Source: Candidatus Bathyarchaeota archaeon
GTDB lineage: Archaea; Thermoproteota; Bathyarchaeia; 40CM-2-53-6
Reading direction: 5' to 3'
NCBI GenBank assembly: GCA_963733055.1
Contig: CAVTBR010000001.1
Span: 1,408,001 to 1,472,000, forward strand
Length of the DNA stretch: 64,000 nt
Part shown: piece by piece, positions 60,251-64,000 of the stretch
How the letters are laid out: each line of letters starts with the position of its first letter
Numbering within the stretch: position 1 is the first letter of the stretch
The notes under the pieces: model-generated
What the model was told of the DNA's origin: nothing
Database searches by the model: none
Seen by the model: the letters and a program-made list of their open reading frames with translations, nothing else
Program-made: the position numbers and the translations under genes

Positions 60251-61071
60251 AGCACATATCTTTTGATCCGAACGCTCTAGTAGGCGCAGAACGTGATTGG
60301 TGGAGCAAGTGGGTTGAGAAAGCCAAAACAGCTAGATCACAGATACTCAAGGAAGCCAAAGCGGGCAAGATCCTTCATTACGACAATGAGGTTTGGAGCG
60401 AGCTCAAGTCTTGGCTGCTTGACAAGGTCTTCAATGGAAAGTGCGCCTACTGCGAATCAAAGTTCTCCGGGGTTTCGAGTTTCGGGGCTGCAGATCATTA
60501 CCGCCCGAAAGGGAAAGTGACTATCAGAGTTGCGGACAAGCAGGAGACGGTCATTTACCGCGGTCGTCCTCATCCGGGCTATTACTGGCTGGCTTACGAT
60601 TGGAGGAATATTCTCCCCGCATGCCCACCTTGCAACAGCGCGAAAGGGAAAGGAAGCCAGTTCCCCATTGCTGGAAGGTATGTGTTTGACCCTGGGAAAG
60701 GGCAAGATCCTGATGCTTTGGATAGAATAGAGAAACCTTTGCTATTGCATCCATGTCGAGATGATCCAGGCGAATACATCAGATTTGGAATCAAAGGTGC
60801 GGTAGCTGCGATCGATGGAAATGCAAGAGGCGATCAATCTATCTTGGTCTACAATCTGAGCCGCGATCGGCTCAGACAGAAAAGACAGCGTGCGCAAGAG
60901 GACGCGAGGCGCGCGTTTCTGTTCGCGGTAGAAAGCGGCACTTTGAAGAAGATGCTCGAGCCATATGAGCAGGGCGTCGAAGAGTACTCAGTCGCAGCTT
61001 TGGATTTTCTTCGCAACCATGTTTTCGAGAACATCGCTCTCGCGCTGCGACCGACTGAGAAAGAAACTTGA
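60247..61071 (+). CDS. HNH endonuclease (PtuB/TIGR02646-like)
   Basis: GKCAYCES, DHYRPK, YYWLAYDWRN..PAC..CN..KG.QFP, LLHPC.DDP; ATGA overlap with the ATPase stop. Confidence 0.9.
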   Translation: MKHISFDPNALVGAERDWWSKWVEKAKTARSQILKEAKAGKILHYDNEVWSELKSWLLDKVFNGKCAYCESKFSGVSSFGAADHYRPKGKVTIRVADKQETVIYRGRPHPGYYWLAYDWRNILPACPPCNSAKGKGSQFPIAGRYVFDPGKGQDPDALDRIEKPLLLHPCRDDPGEYIRFGIKGAVAAIDGNARGDQSILVYNLSRDRLRQKRQRAQEDARRAFLFAVESGTLKKMLEPYEQGVEEYSVAALDFLRNHVFENIALALRPTEKET

Positions 61072-61493
61072 AAAGGACACTTGGCATATCACAACACACG
61101 TTAGCAACGGGACCGACGGTCAAGGTTGCCCATTGCATACGTTTACTCTTGCTGCTTCAATGTGACCGCTTTGCGAGGCCGGTCTCATTCCGAGATGTAT
61201 CTCCGGATCCTCCTGCCGTCTCATAACATCACGTAACCACGATCTCCGAAGGAGACTAAGGTATGTGGGCTGGTGATGCGGGCGACGGAATTTGAACAAG
61301 CCAGGTGACAGTCTCTCCGCTTAGATTTCTCTATGATTATCAGCCGGTGACATTTGAATATCGAAAATGCGCTTTAATGGACACATTGCTCATATGGACA
61401 ACTATTTTTCGTCATATACTTCAGAGTCGGAAATAGTGGGGGTTCTACGTCTTCACTGTCTCAATTGACAACCTTGCTGAGTCTTCTTGCTCC

Positions 61494-63102
61494 TTATTCT
61501 GGAGGAATTTCCTTGAAAGCCAATGACAGATCGAGGCCTCTGTGTTTATTGTAGACTTTTGCCACGTAGAAGAGTACTAGGCCGGAGAGACCAACCCCGG
61601 CTACCGTCGCCATCGAAGCAGCTGAGTTCACTCCATATGCAGAATAGGCACCATACGCGTATGCGAGGAGGCCGAGGAAGATCACTGAGAGTATGCCGGC
61701 CAATGTGATTACCGGTACCCCAGCAATTTTGCCCTTGTGAGGAGACTGATCGAACAGACTTTTCCTGCGGTAGGGGAAAGCAACGCCGCTGATGGCAACG
61801 AGAATGAACGACATAATGATCTGTCCAAACACGAAACTTAGACCCAACAAAATCCCACCCACATAAGTGTACAGCAGAAGGACGACCTCAGCTCCAACAC
61901 ACGAGACCGCAATCGCGAACAAGGGCGTGTTCGTTCTGTCATTCACCTTTGAGAGGGCCATTGGTAAAGTGCGATCAAAGGACATCGCGAGGAACCATCT
62001 TGAGATTCCAAGAATGCACAGCGGTAGTTCAGCGAACAAGTAGAGGGTTACACCAACTCCGATTATGAGCATGACCCACGGAGCGTTGCTCACCATTACG
62101 CTGGCCAAAGTATTGTAGAATGGTGGTACGGGTAAGGTGTACGAGCTAGGCGCGTTATAGTAAGCGTAGCTTACCGCGTTCACGAAATCAACCGTACCGC
62201 TTCCGAGGTAGGATACTACCGCCGCGATCATCAAGACACCCGCGATTCCTAATGCGCCCAGAAGCCCGAACATAGAGTTCTTAGAAGCGGACTTAATTTC
62301 TCCGCTAACGACCTGCTGAAGCGAAATGTATGTGAACGCATAGGCTGCAAGCGGAACGATACCTAGTGTATTTGACCAGCTAAAGCCGGGGTTCGGTTCG
62401 AAACCTGACTTGCGCACCGTGTTGATGATTGTGTGGTAATAGTCAGGGTCCTTCGTGAACGGCAGACTAAAACGCGTTGAAACGAGAAATGAACACATCA
62501 ACCGGCGTAGAGACAAATACAACAACGATGATGAGAATACTAAGCAACCCCAAAACAACACCGATCCGGAGAACCAGAAAAGACCATTTTGTTCTCCACG
62601 CTGTAAGCAAACCTGCGGCAATCAGCAGTATTGTGCCAACTCCCGCCACCCAGTTTGGATCGAGCGCAGCTGTAGCCATACTCGAGAGCACTGGCGTGTT
62701 TGTTACTGCACCCATTACTCCGAAGCTTTCCGAAAATGCGATTGTCAAGACCCAGTTAGCACCGACGCCAAGGTAAAAGATGTACCAGATCGAATTTGTC
62801 CAACCATCCACGAACCCAAGCCATGGATGAACAACTCGGCTTACGAAGACATAATCGCCTCCAGAACGAGGCATCGCAGCAGACAGCATCGCGTACACGC
62901 ATGCAAGTGGAACAGTAGCAAGAGCAGTGATGAGTGTCGCCATTCCCATGTCGCCGCCTGGGAACGACCACGCGAAAGCAGTAACGTAAAAGACGCCAAG
63001 CACAATGTTGAAGTTGACCATATTGAGGGACATCGCGTCCCAAACACTTAGGTTTCGAACGAGCCCGGTTGCTTCACGAACGAAAATTCTGGGATTAGCC
63101 AA
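61494..63102 (-). CDS. APC-family amino acid permease, with an apparent +1 frameshift near 62468
   Basis: [36 protein letters not shown]. Confidence 0.88.
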
Positions 63103-63175
63103 ACCGAATCTTATCGCAACAGCTCCTGATTCTCAGTATATATGGCAACTCATAGGTGACATACAACCCACGAGT

Positions 63176-64000
63176 CTATGAGTGATTTGCAAGTCTTAGC
63201 ACAGTCTGAAGCAGGACGTTGGCTCCATTCTCCAGATGCTTCGGCCCAGTGGATTCGGTGGGAGAATGGCTGACCCCTTCATGGCTTGGTACGAAGATCA
63301 TCCCGGTTTCCGTTACCCTGGCCATGTTCTGACAGTCATGTCCAGCTCCGCTAGGCATACGCCTGTGACTAAGCCTCAACGATTCAGCAGCCCTGGTCAC
63401 AGTCGCGACGACGTTCTCTGACATCAATGCTGGCCTAGAGAAACTCACAGCGCCCACCCGAACCTGCAATCGATGAACTCTGCCAATTCTGCGAGCCGCG
63501 CGCCCAATTCGGTTCTGCAGTAAACGGACTTTATCACTCGTTTGGGCCCGAACGTCTATACCAAGCACCACCCAATTCGGAATCACGTTTGAAGCATTCG
63601 GCAATACCCTGACAGACCCAACTGTTACAACTGAACCTCGAGTAGCCCGCACGATCTGGTTTGTCGTGGCTATGAACTCAGCTGCGCCCAAGAGCGCATC
63701 GCGGCGCATACTCATCGGTGTAGTCCCCGCGTGTCCCGCAACACCGTGGATTGTCACTTTTAACTCCGCTAATCCGACAATTTTGGTGACCACCCCAATC
63801 TCGGTGTGCGCGAGCTCCAAAGTTGGCCCCTGTTCGATGTGGGCCTCTACGTAAGACTTGATCGCGGTTCTTGGATTTCGATGATAAGGTCGAAGTTCCG
63901 CCGGATTAAACCCTGCGCTCTTCAACGCCTGTTTGAAAGTCATACCCTGTCCGTCCATCAACCGGTGGGCCGCTTGGGGAACAAGCGTGCCCGAGAACCC
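63176..64000 (-). CDS. M20-family Zn amidohydrolase (allantoate/N-carbamoyl-L-amino-acid hydrolase type), 5'-truncated
   Basis: EAHIEQGP.LE, GHAGTTPM..RRDAL, SGAGHD, G.SH.P.E. Confidence 0.92.
   Translation of the reverse strand, partial: GFSGTLVPQAAHRLMDGQGMTFKQALKSAGFNPAELRPYHRNPRTAIKSYVEAHIEQGPTLELAHTEIGVVTKIVGLAELKVTIHGVAGHAGTTPMSMRRDALLGAAEFIATTNQIVRATRGSVVTVGSVRVLPNASNVIPNWVVLGIDVRAQTSDKVRLLQNRIGRAARRIGRVHRLQVRVGAVSFSRPALMSENVVATVTRAAESLRLSHRRMPSGAGHDCQNMARVTETGMIFVPSHEGVSHSPTESTGPKHLENGANVLLQTVLRLANHS

Noticed and set aside
57522-61071. Retron type I-A
   Set aside because: No reverse transcriptase ORF and no recognisable msr/msd a1-a2 arrangement in the window.

Overview
Archaeal chromosomal segment. 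It looks TACK-like and plausibly Bathyarchaeia, an inference from the archaeal NusA/uS12, BHB-intron tRNAs, TrmB and a CFI-box protein. Most of it is housekeeping and metabolic genes: nusA, two HflX paralogs, an ALDH7-type dehydrogenase, sod, sufS/sufU/Rieske, sufCBD, nuoBCDI, guaB, bcp, pncA, uppP, idi, MFS/APC transporters and an M20 hydrolase. Four things stand out. (1) A tRNA-Glu(UUC) gene at 29744-29903 (-) is interrupted by four introns, each with its own bulge-helix-bulge motif, and a tRNA-Leu(UAG) carries two non-canonical introns. (2) A ~5.1 kb element is integrated in that tRNA-Leu, bounded by 37-bp perfect direct repeats. It has an SSV-type partitioned integrase and three variable surface-protein genes that share a PEY/PEF-type C-terminal anchor and a conserved 3' hairpin. 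(3) An AT-richer island (~52.5-61.3 kb) holds an OLD-type ATPase-TOPRIM gene and a two-gene Septu/PtuAB-like operon. Its ATPase is fused to an N-terminal membrane anchor and a SIR2-like domain with substituted catalytic residues, and the operon is bracketed by decayed tRNA-3'-like repeats. (4) uS12 carries the rare RQPNSA (K60R-type) variant. Six genes show single +1 frameshifts that look like sequencing errors. No CRISPR array or rRNA was seen.
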